Positions 1 through 10,197 of a stretch of DNA of 64,000 nt are shown piece after piece; within the stretch, counting starts at the first letter, position 1, and each line of letters begins with the position of its first letter. The notes under the pieces are model-generated. The model saw only the letters and a list, made by a program, of their open reading frames with translations, had not been told where the DNA came from and searched no databases. A program made the position numbers and the translations under genes. Where the stretch lies: the IMG/VR virus record IMGVR_UViG_3300045988_096785, positions 41,968-105,967 of that record. One strand, written 5' to 3'. Source of the stretch: a virus.

Positions 1-15
1 GCCAAAGACAAAGCC

Positions 16-3000
16 ATGAGATCCTTGGTAAATGAATACCGAAGGAGTTTGATGGACTATAGGAATATGAATAACTTCTTGTCTAAGATGCTTGATAAAA
101 GATTCTTAGCTGAGGAAAACAGGGGATTTTCAAAAGCTCTGTCTTCTCTATGGTCTACTCCTTATAAGGGGGATGACAAGGTTCCTGATTTTGCAGAGCC
201 TAATAAAGTTGGTGAATATGATACTGATGAGGTAGTAGATCAAGCTGTGTCAGAAGGTAAGATTTCGGAAGACGAAGCTTGGACTATCAAGGCCTTTATG
301 CATGCTCTTGATAAAGTAAGAGAAGATAGGATGAAGGAAGCAGAAGATGATATAAAAGAGTCACCGCTTACGGAGTCTGTATCAGATGAAGATTATGAGG
401 TTGCTATGGATAATCCTATTATGGTTCCGGCCGTAAGGCAGTCTATAATTGATAAACTATATACAGGTAATGCCGATCTTCTTACTGTGAGAGAAAAAGA
501 TGTGTATGATAAATACAAACAAGATTTTGATGATTATGTATCGTCTTTAGGTGACAGTCCCGTTAATCTCATAAAATCATTATCTGAAAAGGCTGATAGG
601 CTTACAAGTCCGAGATCTGTGTATGAGGATAATAAAGCTATTATTGATATGGCTAAATCCAATTTAGAACCAGATCAAAGGAAGGAACTTGATGATGCTA
701 TTTCTTCGTATGTGGATATAATGAACAGACGGGACAAAGGGGAGAAAGTTGATGAAGATAAGCTTGCTGATTCGGTATTTACCATAGAAGATCTTGGCCA
801 GGTTGGAAACATCACGGATCTCCTTCCTTATGTTGAACAAAACAGGATTATTGACAAAGGTCGTATCTCTGAATCTACGTTGAGTAATTTTGGGGAAGAT
901 GATGCTAATATAGATTCTCTTGTAAATGAGCTAGATGAATCCGATAATACGCCAGGAGCCAATATAGATAGCGCCCAGAATCCAGAGACGTTGATGGTTA
1001 GAAGAATATCCAACGATGGCAACGAAAGGTATGAAATTGCAGGTCTTAGAGCCGATAAATTTATATCTTCAATAAAATCATTGGTTCCTATTCAAATAAG
1101 TTCTGAAACGAACGCTAATGGAACTAAAAGGTATTTCCTTAACATAGGTGGAGAAACGGCTACCGTGATAGAACTTCCTTATCATGCGAGATGGTCTATA
1201 GACAAAGAATCGGCTCGTGTTCTTAACCGTTACACAGATGTGTCTATTCAGGACGTGGGTAATTCATATTCTTTGGTTTATAAGCGTCTTGATTCAGACG
1301 AATTGGTTCCGTACAGAACAGGTGTTGGATTCGGAGAGAATGAAGTAGATAAAATAGATCAGGAAGCATTATCTTCTTTGAAGAAAGGAGATAAGGTTAA
1401 TCTTGAGATAGATGCAAATGATACCTATAATCAGTCTCTTTTTGCCGAATACAATGATGCTGTTCAGTCCGGTGATAAAAAAAGAATAGAATCTGCTGAA
1501 AATAAGCTGGTATCCAATATGGTTATCAAGGTCATGAGTGGAAACAGATTCGTTTCTGTTGTTAAAGCTGACACGGGTGGCATAGATGGTATAAGTAAAA
1601 TAAGAAGAACGGCTTTTAACAAGTGGAAGAAGGATGCCGGCCGGTCGGCCACCATCAACGTCGGCACGCATGTTGTTGCCCAGACCCTTCCCGGAAGACC
1701 GGTGTTTAACATGAGAGTGAACGGTCAAGGATATGGTCAGGTAGAAAATCTCCCTATTACCGAAAAAGGTGCTGAAAAAGTATCTGATGTCGGATATGTA
1801 TTAAATGGCAAAGTCGTGCTTAAGAACGGATCTAAATACACAGGCTTCCCATTTGCTTATTCTATATTAAATGACAAGGGGAATAATTACAAAAATGTAA
1901 GAGTTCCGGTAGTTGTCATCAAAGGTAAAAACGGTCTTAATTATCTTTTCCCAGTTAGCCTACGTTCTGTAGAATCAGAGGAAGGGCAGAAATGGATGTC
2001 TTTTATAGATATGCTGCTTGAATCTGGTGATTCTGAATTGCTACAGATGGGTCAAGATGATATACAAGATCTTAATGCGTATCTAACCAAGTTAGGTCTT
2101 GATCCAGCTTCGTATCAAGTATCGTATTTGAATCCTATTTCAGGTCTTAGAAAAGCTCGTGAGGCTATAGAAAAATTATCTACAGTTCCTGATGTTGTTA
2201 AGTGGGTAGAAGATGAAAGTAGGAGTGTGAAAGACATTGTGACGTCTGAAGTAGAATCTGGAATAGATTTCGAAGGTGAGATGTTTGTTGCTCCTAAGAT
2301 CAGGATTCAGTTTGGTAAATCATCTTCCAGACCTAAATCACTTATAGAAGATGATCTCCCTTTCTCCGATGAGGGTAAGACCGTTACTTCCAAGGAAGAT
2401 GTGGATATTTACGAAGAGGAAATGCCAGAGGAAGACCCTGTCCGGGGGACTCGGCCGGCGCCACCAGCTCAGCCGGCTCCTGCGGCACAAGCTACGCAGT
2501 CCTTACCTGGCAAGAAGCGCACCTCCAGAAAAAACTTCTCTATTATATTGAGTGAAATAGAAGCTCATACAGAAAAAGAAGGATTGCCGCCTTATGCTAA
2601 TATTTTTGATTTTATAGCAAGGAAGATTGTAGGAGGTGATTTGAGATTTCTTCGTGAGAGAGGTAATCCTAAAAGTCTTAAGGAGGAAATGGGATTAGAA
2701 CCTAAAGGAACAGTAGGTGATAAAATATCCACTCCTTCTAAAAAGGGAGGTAAGACCTTAGATGAATACGTTTCTTGGCTTCGTTCTCAAACGGATCAGG
2801 TAGTAGCGGATTATGTTGGGCCAAGATCTGACGAACAAATTATATCAGAGTTGAAAAACTTTTTGAAATATATTAATTTTGTTCCAAGCAAGGCTTTGAA
2901 TTATTCTCTTAGAGTCAATGGCATGGATGCCCTAAAAGAATATGGCACAAAAGAGGAAGTAAAAAAAATGGAATCTGACATCAATAGTTTGGTTTCTGAA

Positions 3001-3834
3001 GTTTTGCCTACGGTAGATAATCAAACTGTAGAAGATGTTTCTACTGCAATAGAATCAAATAACTTGCCTGCCATATGGGAGCCTATGGAAAGCCTTGATA
3101 TGACAAACGAGGAAAAAATAGAGTTTTTGAATAACGTAGCAGATTTCCTTAGTGGCATTCCAGAGTATGATGCTGTTGTGGAGTCTATAGAGTCAGAATC
3201 AGATAATATTTTAAATGATGGAAAAGAAGGAAGTGCAGAAGGCGGTGCAGTACGCACTGAGGAAGATGGCGATAAAAAGGGAGATGGAGAAGGCAAAGGA
3301 CAATCCAGAACAAATGTCGAAGTTGAAGGAAATGTCGAATTACCTGGATCTACAAAAGGAGAAATAGAAAAAGACGAACCTCGTATATCCGAAGAACCGC
3401 TTACTCACATATCAAGGGTAACAACCCCTTATTTTCTGTACGGCGGTGATGAAGCATATACATCTGTTCCGGCTAAGGTAGAACAGATACCTGAGAAGAT
3501 AATGGGTCGTAATGGCATTAAATTTGGTATGAGTGTAGTCGAGTTAACCAAATTAGGGTACAAAAAAGCTGGTGGAAAATGGATATATAAATTCTATATG
3601 AACTCAGGTGTGTATGATTTGTATAATATCAGTACCGGTGAAGCGTTTAGGGCAAAACCGGATCTTGGAGTTAAGATAAGTTCCAGTGTATTCATCCGCT
3701 CTTTATCTCAATCTGGTAGAAAAATACAAAATATGATGAGTAACATGAGTCAGGAAGAGATAGATAGGAATAAGAATCTCGTAGAAGGTTCTGATAATTC
3801 GGATTCGATAAATGAGTTAAATAAAGAGTGTTGA
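16..3834 (+). CDS. Large hypothetical virion-associated/structural protein (1272 aa). The frame is open to window start, so the true 5' end may lie upstream
   Basis: Longest ORF in the region with no in-frame stop between position 1 and the first ATG. Acidic low-complexity stretches and a Pro/Ala linker (PAPPAQPAPAAQ). Co-oriented with the other large plus-strand genes. Confidence 0.6.
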   Translation: MRSLVNEYRRSLMDYRNMNNFLSKMLDKRFLAEENRGFSKALSSLWSTPYKGDDKVPDFAEPNKVGEYDTDEVVDQAVSEGKISEDEAWTIKAFMHALDKVREDRMKEAEDDIKESPLTESVSDEDYEVAMDNPIMVPAVRQSIIDKLYTGNADLLTVREKDVYDKYKQDFDDYVSSLGDSPVNLIKSLSEKADRLTSPRSVYEDNKAIIDMAKSNLEPDQRKELDDAISSYVDIMNRRDKGEKVDEDKLADSVFTIEDLGQVGNITDLLPYVEQNRIIDKGRISESTLSNFGEDDANIDSLVNELDESDNTPGANIDSAQNPETLMVRRISNDGNERYEIAGLRADKFISSIKSLVPIQISSETNANGTKRYFLNIGGETATVIELPYHARWSIDKESARVLNRYTDVSIQDVGNSYSLVYKRLDSDELVPYRTGVGFGENEVDKIDQEALSSLKKGDKVNLEIDANDTYNQSLFAEYNDAVQSGDKKRIESAENKLVSNMVIKVMSGNRFVSVVKADTGGIDGISKIRRTAFNKWKKDAGRSATINVGTHVVAQTLPGRPVFNMRVNGQGYGQVENLPITEKGAEKVSDVGYVLNGKVVLKNGSKYTGFPFAYSILNDKGNNYKNVRVPVVVIKGKNGLNYLFPVSLRSVESEEGQKWMSFIDMLLESGDSELLQMGQDDIQDLNAYLTKLGLDPASYQVSYLNPISGLRKAREAIEKLSTVPDVVKWVEDESRSVKDIVTSEVESGIDFEGEMFVAPKIRIQFGKSSSRPKSLIEDDLPFSDEGKTVTSKEDVDIYEEEMPEEDPVRGTRPAPPAQPAPAAQATQSLPGKKRTSRKNFSIILSEIEAHTEKEGLPPYANIFDFIARKIVGGDLRFLRERGNPKSLKEEMGLEPKGTVGDKISTPSKKGGKTLDEYVSWLRSQTDQVVADYVGPRSDEQIISELKNFLKYINFVPSKALNYSLRVNGMDALKEYGTKEEVKKMESDINSLVSEVLPTVDNQTVEDVSTAIESNNLPAIWEPMESLDMTNEEKIEFLNNVADFLSGIPEYDAVVESIESESDNILNDGKEGSAEGGAVRTEEDGDKKGDGEGKGQSRTNVEVEGNVELPGSTKGEIEKDEPRISEEPLTHISRVTTPYFLYGGDEAYTSVPAKVEQIPEKIMGRNGIKFGMSVVELTKLGYKKAGGKWIYKFYMNSGVYDLYNISTGEAFRAKPDLGVKISSSVFIRSLSQSGRKIQNMMSNMSQEEIDRNKNLVEGSDNSDSINELNKEC

Positions 3835-4415
3835 GTATGAGAAGGAGATACGAAGATGTTTCAGGTCTTGTTCAGTATCAGTTGAAGACCAATCAGCAGG
3901 GGAATATAGAGGTTTATGTTGATGACAGGTTTGTTGGAAACGTAAGTGAAGGAGTCTGTAATTGGAAGGATATTGAATACAAGAGTAAGGTTACTATATC
4001 TTTGAAAGGAGTCGAGGATAAGGCTAAAACTTCAAGTAAAAGAGTCGGTCCTTATTGTCACATTAATAGCATATTTGGAGGAAATGAATCTTATCATGCA
4101 GGTCCGGATAGTAATATAAAAAAGAGTCCGGTTACTACCTTTCTAATGTATTGCTATAAAAATGGGAATATTACGACTATCACCACTTATACTAAAAATT
4201 TATCTGGAACTCTTCAGATAGGTAAAACACAATTGACTATCAATTACAAACAAAATAAAAGTCAGTCTTTTTCCGGTGGTTCTGGAGATTATGTAACATC
4301 CGTATCTGATTTCCCTTTTGTTACTGGTCCAGGAAATGATAGTGTTGAGTTTGAAGGAGAGGGAAGATTGATAGTTGAGACAGAGGCTTCGCATTATGAA
4401 ATAGAAGTTTCTTGA
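3828..4415 (+). CDS. Hypothetical beta-rich protein (about 193 aa). The first ATG is at 3837; the track start at 3828 is GTG
   Basis: ORF directly follows and slightly overlaps the 1272-aa gene. Ser/Thr/Gly/Asn-rich composition typical of structural beta proteins. Confidence 0.5.
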   Translation: MLSMRRRYEDVSGLVQYQLKTNQQGNIEVYVDDRFVGNVSEGVCNWKDIEYKSKVTISLKGVEDKAKTSSKRVGPYCHINSIFGGNESYHAGPDSNIKKSPVTTFLMYCYKNGNITTITTYTKNLSGTLQIGKTQLTINYKQNKSQSFSGGSGDYVTSVSDFPFVTGPGNDSVEFEGEGRLIVETEASHYEIEVS

Positions 4416-4600
4416 CATACTCCCATCGCTAAAGCAAACGGGATTCTTGGATACAAACGCAAGAAACCCCGATATTACTATCGTTGGAATTACTCTTACT
4501 CTCCAATTCGGAAATGCCCTTCCGAAGTATATTACGGGCTGCAAGAATATCACGGTCGTTGATGGCGCCGCACGCCGGGCATACCCACGTGCGGTCGCGT
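4380..4600 (-). ncRNA. Putative omegaRNA (reRNA) scaffold overlapping the tnpB 3' end, with the guide extending past the right end (about 4400-4428)
   Basis: Established architecture of TnpB loci (scaffold from the tnpB 3' end plus the right end, guide from the flanking DNA). Not directly verifiable from sequence without a covariance model. Confidence 0.3.
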
Positions 4601-5675
4601 AACGACAGACCTTTATTAATGCAGCCACATTCACAAGTTTTGGAAGAAGGATACCATTTGTCAATCTTGTGTATCGTTACTCCATACTTTGAAGCAACAT
4701 ACGTAAGTTTGTCAATAAAAGAAGAATGACTGAGATCGGAAACTTTCTTTCCCCACAAACGTTTCATTCCTTCAATGTTTAGATCTTCAATAAAAATATA
4801 ATCATACTGTTTGCATAACTGGTGTGCTAATCCCCATTGAAAATCCGATCGAAGATCGTTTATTTTACGATACGTTTGTTGTAGTTCAAACAGTTTTCTT
4901 CTTCTATTATTGGATCCTTTCTTTGTATTAGAAAACCGTTTGTTTAGTTTTCTAATCTTGTTTTGATATTGTTTAAAGAATAATGGAGAATCGATTTTGC
5001 TACCATCGCTTTTAGTTAGATAAGTTTTCAGGCCAAAATCTAATCCGATAGATGCACCATCATGTGTCTTTCTGTAAGAGTTTGAATGATTATGATCTGT
5101 AACTATAATCAAACTAAAACGGGAACAGGTTTCTCTAACTATTCTAATTTGTTTAACATTACCTTCGTAGACTCTACTGTATGAAAATCTAAATCGTTTC
5201 TTTCCTTTGTTAATTGTTAGACAATTCCCATTCAGGGTAAACCCTCCTTGTTTGAAAACAAAAGAGTTAAAACAATCAGCTCTTTTGAACTTAGGAGGTC
5301 GTTTAGCCAACTTCTTAAAGAAACGATTATAAGATTCATCAAGACGTTCAAGTATTTCTTGTGTTGTTTGAGAATGAAGAAGATTTCTTTTAATTCTTTT
5401 GGTAAAATGTTTCTTCATTTTACCAATTGATATATATTTCCTAAACAGTTTGTAGTATCTACGTTGTAGAGCTAACGCATGATTCCATACAAAACAACAT
5501 TCACGAAGCATTTTGTCAAGATACTTCGTTTTCTTGGAATGGTATATGTTGTATTTGTATGAAATCATTTTTATCTGTAATTTTGATTTAAAATTAATCA
5601 AACCAATTCATCCACCTTCTAAAGTATGGTGGTTTTGTTGGTTAAATTATCATAATTTCTATTTTTATAGTATCT
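4416..5675 (-). mobile_element. IS200/IS605-family (IS1341-like, TnpB-only) insertion between two plus-strand genes
   Basis: A canonical tnpB ORF oriented antisense to flanking genes fills the whole 1.26 kb intergenic gap. A CCACC-N11-GGTGG hairpin at 5612-5640 sits on the putative left-end side. No tnpA (Y1 transposase) is seen. Confidence 0.6.
4429..5601 (-). CDS. tnpB: TnpB (OrfB) RNA-guided RuvC-like endonuclease, 390 aa
   Basis: RuvC-I motif IGLDFGLKTY. RuvC-II motif IFIEDLNIEGM. Zinc finger CECGC...CPACG. RuvC-III motif NDRDILAARNI. Confidence 0.9.
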   Translation of the reverse strand: MINFKSKLQIKMISYKYNIYHSKKTKYLDKMLRECCFVWNHALALQRRYYKLFRKYISIGKMKKHFTKRIKRNLLHSQTTQEILERLDESYNRFFKKLAKRPPKFKRADCFNSFVFKQGGFTLNGNCLTINKGKKRFRFSYSRVYEGNVKQIRIVRETCSRFSLIIVTDHNHSNSYRKTHDGASIGLDFGLKTYLTKSDGSKIDSPLFFKQYQNKIRKLNKRFSNTKKGSNNRRRKLFELQQTYRKINDLRSDFQWGLAHQLCKQYDYIFIEDLNIEGMKRLWGKKVSDLSHSSFIDKLTYVASKYGVTIHKIDKWYPSSKTCECGCINKGLSLRDRTWVCPACGAINDRDILAARNILRKGISELESKSNSNDSNIGVSCVCIQESRLL

Positions 5676-7955
5676 TTGTCTAAAATATTTATCACTATGG
5701 GTGTCAAATGTCAGATAGAAAAAAAGGAAAATGAAATAAAACGGGTTAAGGCTCCTAACGGTGAGCCTTCCGTTCTTTACGAAAGTGCTTTAAAAGTATT
5801 AGGAAACAGCGAGCGGGCCCTTCAGGTATGGGCTAAGGCTTACACTCCTGGTTTTTTGTCGTATTACGGTCATTGGAACAACCCGGCTCCAGGGGAGATG
5901 TTTAATACCGATTCCAATGGTGAACCTCTCTTAGAAGACGTGCTGTCGTATATGAAGCGTCAGACTTATTTTGCTGATCCTTTAACGGCTCAGGACATTA
6001 AGGATGTAAGGGATTTCCTTTTGTCTACTCATTATTTTTTCAATGCGTCTTCATTGTCTAATGCTATCCTCTTCGATTTTTATGTAGATGGCAGTTTGAT
6101 ACTGAATGAGCAGAAATTAAGGGGATCCGGTTTGTATGATGAAACAGAAATAAGTCGTATTTTATCCGATCCTTCTGTTTTAAACGAGGTTTCGACTTCC
6201 ATGAGAAAGTTAATAGATTCTTCTATTAACGAACATGATAGGGAAAAGGATAATTATTTTATGTCTGTTGACTATCAGTATGGTCCTATTGTTTACAAGG
6301 AGGGAGTGTTTAACCAATTTGGTAAAAAAGTACCATATAATCCTTCTGAGCTTTATTATGCTATGCGTAAAACAGTAGCCGGCATAAAAAACTTTTCTGA
6401 ATTTTCATCTGCTTTTGAATCGTTGAGAAATTCATATCCTGAACTGGTTGAGAAATTCGTTTCTGATAAAGAATTTGCCGAATCTATGTTTGATGAGTTC
6501 TCATCTACGAATAAGATTCCGGTAATAAACATAGAAGGGGATGATGTGGTAGAAGGCAAGAGAAGATCCTTGTCTAAGCTACAAGATCTGTCTTATTACA
6601 ATCCTGGCAAAATAGAGTTCCTAAGAGCTCGTATATCAGCTTATTTACATAGGGCTAATGCCGACACCGAATCCGATTTAAGAAGCATGATATGGGATAT
6701 AGAAGAGGCTTGTACGTGGTTTGGCATAGATATAATAGGGACATCGGAAACTTATGATGGCACAGAAGAATCTTTGAATAAGATAGATAATTTGATGCTG
6801 GATCTTGATATTTATGTGGCCAGGCATAATGATGTAAATTATGCTCCAACGCTGGCATCTTCTATGGATGATGTTCTTGGTGATAGCACAGATTATTATT
6901 TTGGATTATTGCCGGAATATATGGATAATTTGAATATCGTTTATTCTGAATCTGATATAGACCCAGTAGAAGCATTTGAGAAACATTCATTGCTTAAGGT
7001 AGGAGATAATCTATATCAAAGGATCAGCAAAGATGATCTTAACGAGATGTATCAAATATCAACAGTGTTAGCCAAGCACAACCTAACTCATTTTTCTACT
7101 AAAATATATCCTGAATCTTGTTTTAAGAACGGCGTTTTGGATAAAGAGAAAGTACGGAACGTAGATGATAATACGCTCATGGATTCTATAAAAAAATACG
7201 TCAGATCGTTTATGGATTCTCAGAACACGGAGGACATGATAATGACCAGGCTGGCGTTTGGGCATCCGGCGGTACTTGACGTTCCTTACGTGGATGTGGA
7301 TCGGGAGTATAGTCGATACATGAACAAAAAACAAGATAGCGAAAACCCATTATCCTTATTCGATTTATACCAATCTTACCTTGACAACAAACTCCATAAA
7401 ACAAAATTATATGATAATGCCTATAAGTATCTTGACTTCAAACCTGGTCCATCTTTGGGTCTTATTTCTGATGATCCTGATATTTTGAAATCAATAGAAT
7501 TATCTTTATCTGGAAAAGACAGGTTGATGTTGTTTGATTATAGCATGACCAGTACCGACCCTTCTTTATCAGAATTGTTTTATTTGGAGAAGTATGACTC
7601 TTCGTATGCCGGGAATGATTTTGAACACTATTTTTACACCAGGCACCCGTATCTGTTAAAAGAAAAATCGGGCCCTAATATCGTAGAGCAAGATGGTGTT
7701 ATAACAGCCGAAGGTATTTATGATAATTTTATAAGAGTAGGTAATAAGATATGGTCTAAAGTAAGCGAAAGTAGTTCCGGATCTATCTACCAAAATCTGA
7801 CAGGAACCGAATCGGAGGTGAAATACGATTCTACTCAGAAGGCTAAGGTAGTAGAAACCGATTACGCTCCATACCAAAACAGATCTGGCTTGACGCAAGA
7901 CATGACCGTAAGCAAGTCTGAATTGGATGATCTTAACAAATTAGAATGCAAATAA
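5676..7955 (+). CDS. Hypothetical large protein (759 aa), possibly structural
   Basis: Long ORF co-oriented with the structural block. No recognisable motifs. Confidence 0.6.
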   Translation: MSKIFITMGVKCQIEKKENEIKRVKAPNGEPSVLYESALKVLGNSERALQVWAKAYTPGFLSYYGHWNNPAPGEMFNTDSNGEPLLEDVLSYMKRQTYFADPLTAQDIKDVRDFLLSTHYFFNASSLSNAILFDFYVDGSLILNEQKLRGSGLYDETEISRILSDPSVLNEVSTSMRKLIDSSINEHDREKDNYFMSVDYQYGPIVYKEGVFNQFGKKVPYNPSELYYAMRKTVAGIKNFSEFSSAFESLRNSYPELVEKFVSDKEFAESMFDEFSSTNKIPVINIEGDDVVEGKRRSLSKLQDLSYYNPGKIEFLRARISAYLHRANADTESDLRSMIWDIEEACTWFGIDIIGTSETYDGTEESLNKIDNLMLDLDIYVARHNDVNYAPTLASSMDDVLGDSTDYYFGLLPEYMDNLNIVYSESDIDPVEAFEKHSLLKVGDNLYQRISKDDLNEMYQISTVLAKHNLTHFSTKIYPESCFKNGVLDKEKVRNVDDNTLMDSIKKYVRSFMDSQNTEDMIMTRLAFGHPAVLDVPYVDVDREYSRYMNKKQDSENPLSLFDLYQSYLDNKLHKTKLYDNAYKYLDFKPGPSLGLISDDPDILKSIELSLSGKDRLMLFDYSMTSTDPSLSELFYLEKYDSSYAGNDFEHYFYTRHPYLLKEKSGPNIVEQDGVITAEGIYDNFIRVGNKIWSKVSESSSGSIYQNLTGTESEVKYDSTQKAKVVETDYAPYQNRSGLTQDMTVSKSELDDLNKLECK

Positions 7956-8000
7956 TTTTTGTATATATATAATATAGTTTTTTCATAGTTATAATTTGGG

Positions 8001-8032
8001 AAGTGAGGCTTGTGAAAGTCTCACTTTTCTTA
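8001..8032 (+). terminator. Rho-independent terminator after the 759-aa gene
   Basis: GTGAGgcttgtgaaagtCTCAC hairpin followed by TTTTCTT. Confidence 0.55.
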
Positions 8033-8453
8033 TATATGCACGTATATCAATAACATACAAGAAAAGTTAGATTTTCGTTGTTTATGAATTATTTTTATTA
8101 AGTTTGCAATATTAGTTTCAGGAAGGGATTATAGAAAATAGGGAAGGTAAGAACAGAACGTAACTAATAACGGTAGGAAATGAGAATCAGTACCATCAAA
8201 CGTAATAACAGCATTCATCTTATGTATAAAAAACATTATGAATGATTTAGGTCAATTAAGAACTGTAGTTTCAAAATCCTATATTTATAATCTGATACGA
8301 AATCAAACCGGATTAAGTATCAGAACTATATCCCATGTCTTGAATCACACAAAAGAACAGGATACAGATTCTTTGTGAAAAGCGTACATTTTCATACATT
8401 TGTGTATTCTTTAGTTTTTAGATTTAAGTTTTTTCATGGTATTAGTTTAGAGA

Positions 8454-8490
8454 TCAGGGCTCGCAGTGATGCGGGCCCTGGTTTGATTTA
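8454..8490 (+). terminator. GC-rich hairpin plus T-tract inside the long intergenic region. Possible sRNA terminator
   Basis: CAGGGCtCGCagtgatGCGgGCCCTG followed by GTTTGATTT. Confidence 0.4.
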
Positions 8491-8652
8491 CAGCGCTTTA
8501 CCCAAAATGGGAAAAGCGTAAGTTTCTGATTATCAGTTTTTCACCTTAAATGGGGAAAATTAATTATTGTGTATTATACTTCCGTTTTTGCTGAAAATAC
8601 TTCTCTTCTATAGGAAATAAACACACCTGTATTCCACTCTACAATCATGATC

Positions 8653-8692
8653 TTTGTTACGTGCTTCATGCACGTATGTTTAACAATTAAAT
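8653..8692 (+). promoter_or_regulatory. Bacteroidetes-type promoter candidate (-33 TTTG, -7 TAtgTTTA) overlapping a perfect palindrome TACGTGC-N4-GCACGTA (8658-8676)
   Basis: TTTG at 8653-8656 and TATGTTTA at 8675-8682, about 19 nt apart. The palindrome could be an operator. ATG at 8703. Confidence 0.4.
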
Positions 8693-8702
8693 ACTATAAA
8701 TT

Positions 8703-9710
8703 ATGGGTGGTGATAAAATCGTCCTTTTAGATGGAGCCGGGGCTAACGGTGGTGGTGCAGCCGCTAACGGTCTTCTTTCAATGATTCCCGGCATGTTTGC
8801 TAATTTAATAGGTGGTAATAAAATGGATCCGAATCTGGTGGCGGCTTTGATGAATGGTCGTAACAACCAGGACGGTTTCGGTGGGGCTAACGGTTGGTGG
8901 CTCTGGATAATTGTTTTGTTCTGGCTGTGGGGTGGACGCGGCTTCGGTAACGGTTTTGGAAATGGTGGTGATTGTTGCGCCAATGGTTTACCCGCTCAGT
9001 TGAATAACGATTACGGTCGTGAGCTTCTGATGCAGGCAATTCAAGGTAATCGTAGCGCTATAGATCAGATCGCTTCTGCTTTGAACTGTTCTACTACTCA
9101 ACTTCAGAACGCTATCTGCAACGTACAGGGTGCTATTGATAAAGTAGCTGGTCAGGTAGGTATGACTTCTCAGGCTGTTATCAACGCAGTTCAACAACAA
9201 GGTTGTGAAATCGGAAATCAAATCAGCTCTTGCTGCTGCAATCTGAGTTCGTTGATCAATCAAAGCACTTGCCAGACTCAGGGAATGATTACTCAGCAAG
9301 GTTTTGATAACCAGCTTCGCACGTTGGAACAAACCAATATCTTGCAGAACGGTCTCAACCAAGGTCTGGCTAACAATCGTGAGCAAGCTACAAGCCAATT
9401 TAATATCTTGTCTGCGAAACTTGACGCTCAAACCGTTATGATCAACGACAAATTCTGTCAGTTGGAAATGAGGGAGATGCAGAACACTATTGCTCAACTT
9501 CGTGAAGAAAAAGCGGCTTTGACAGCTTCGGCATTATCTCAGCAACAAACCCAGAATATCGTTGGTCAATTACGCCCGACGGCCGTCCCAGCCTACCCCT
9601 CTTGTTCTCCTTACCAGGCTTATTCTTGGGGACAGGTATTCGGAGGAGGTTACTGCAATAACGGATGTGGATGTAACAACGGATGTTGCAATAACAACGC
9701 TGCTGTCTGA
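8703..9710 (+). CDS. Gly/Trp/Cys-rich protein with a central coiled-coil (335 aa), hypothetical
   Basis: N-terminal Gly-rich region. Trp-rich hydrophobic segment WWLWIIVLFWLWGG. Gln-rich coiled-coil. C-terminal CCNNGCGCNNGCC. Confidence 0.6.
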   Translation: MGGDKIVLLDGAGANGGGAAANGLLSMIPGMFANLIGGNKMDPNLVAALMNGRNNQDGFGGANGWWLWIIVLFWLWGGRGFGNGFGNGGDCCANGLPAQLNNDYGRELLMQAIQGNRSAIDQIASALNCSTTQLQNAICNVQGAIDKVAGQVGMTSQAVINAVQQQGCEIGNQISSCCCNLSSLINQSTCQTQGMITQQGFDNQLRTLEQTNILQNGLNQGLANNREQATSQFNILSAKLDAQTVMINDKFCQLEMREMQNTIAQLREEKAALTASALSQQQTQNIVGQLRPTAVPAYPSCSPYQAYSWGQVFGGGYCNNGCGCNNGCCNNNAAV

Positions 9711-9733
9711 TTTTATTAAGAGAGGAGGCTAAT

Positions 9734-10147
9734 ATGGCTTGTGTTTCTAAAATAGGATCGTTGTATGAGATGGTTACGAAGAATGTTATTGTCAGTACGA
9801 CAAATACAATCTTCGGTATTAACCCACGGGCTTGGATCGCCCTTCCGTGTGAGGGTCTTATCCTTCTTAAGATAAGGCAAGTAGTCCCCACAGCCGGAAG
9901 TGCTCTACCGGTACAGATTGCGGTCCCGGCAAACAGCACAGTTTCAACAGTAGGAGCCGACACCTGTTGCTCGGTTACGGGAGTGAATGTCGTGAACCCT
10001 ATTAACGTAGCTGTAACGGGTGCTGCTATGGTAAATGGCACAGAACGCCTTCTGTACTTCAATAAAGTTCGTGGCGTGTTAAGATTAATGGATTGCTGTG
10101 TTCCAGTAGCGGCAGCCCAGGCGTCTGAAGTTAAAGCAGGTAAATGA
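9734..10147 (+). CDS. Hypothetical beta-rich protein (137 aa)
   Basis: ORF directly downstream of and co-oriented with 8703..9710. Confidence 0.5.
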   Translation: MACVSKIGSLYEMVTKNVIVSTTNTIFGINPRAWIALPCEGLILLKIRQVVPTAGSALPVQIAVPANSTVSTVGADTCCSVTGVNVVNPINVAVTGAAMVNGTERLLYFNKVRGVLRLMDCCVPVAAAQASEVKAGK

Positions 10148-10197
10148 TTTCAGTAGGGTGATGGAGATCATCACCCTATTTTCACCTAAATAATATT

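Noticed and set aside
4200-5430. ORFs 4200..4664(-), 4484..4729(+) and 5248..5430(+) overlapping tnpB
   Set aside because: They are nested in or antisense to a well-supported TnpB reading frame. They are more likely shadow ORFs; the region would instead hold the omegaRNA
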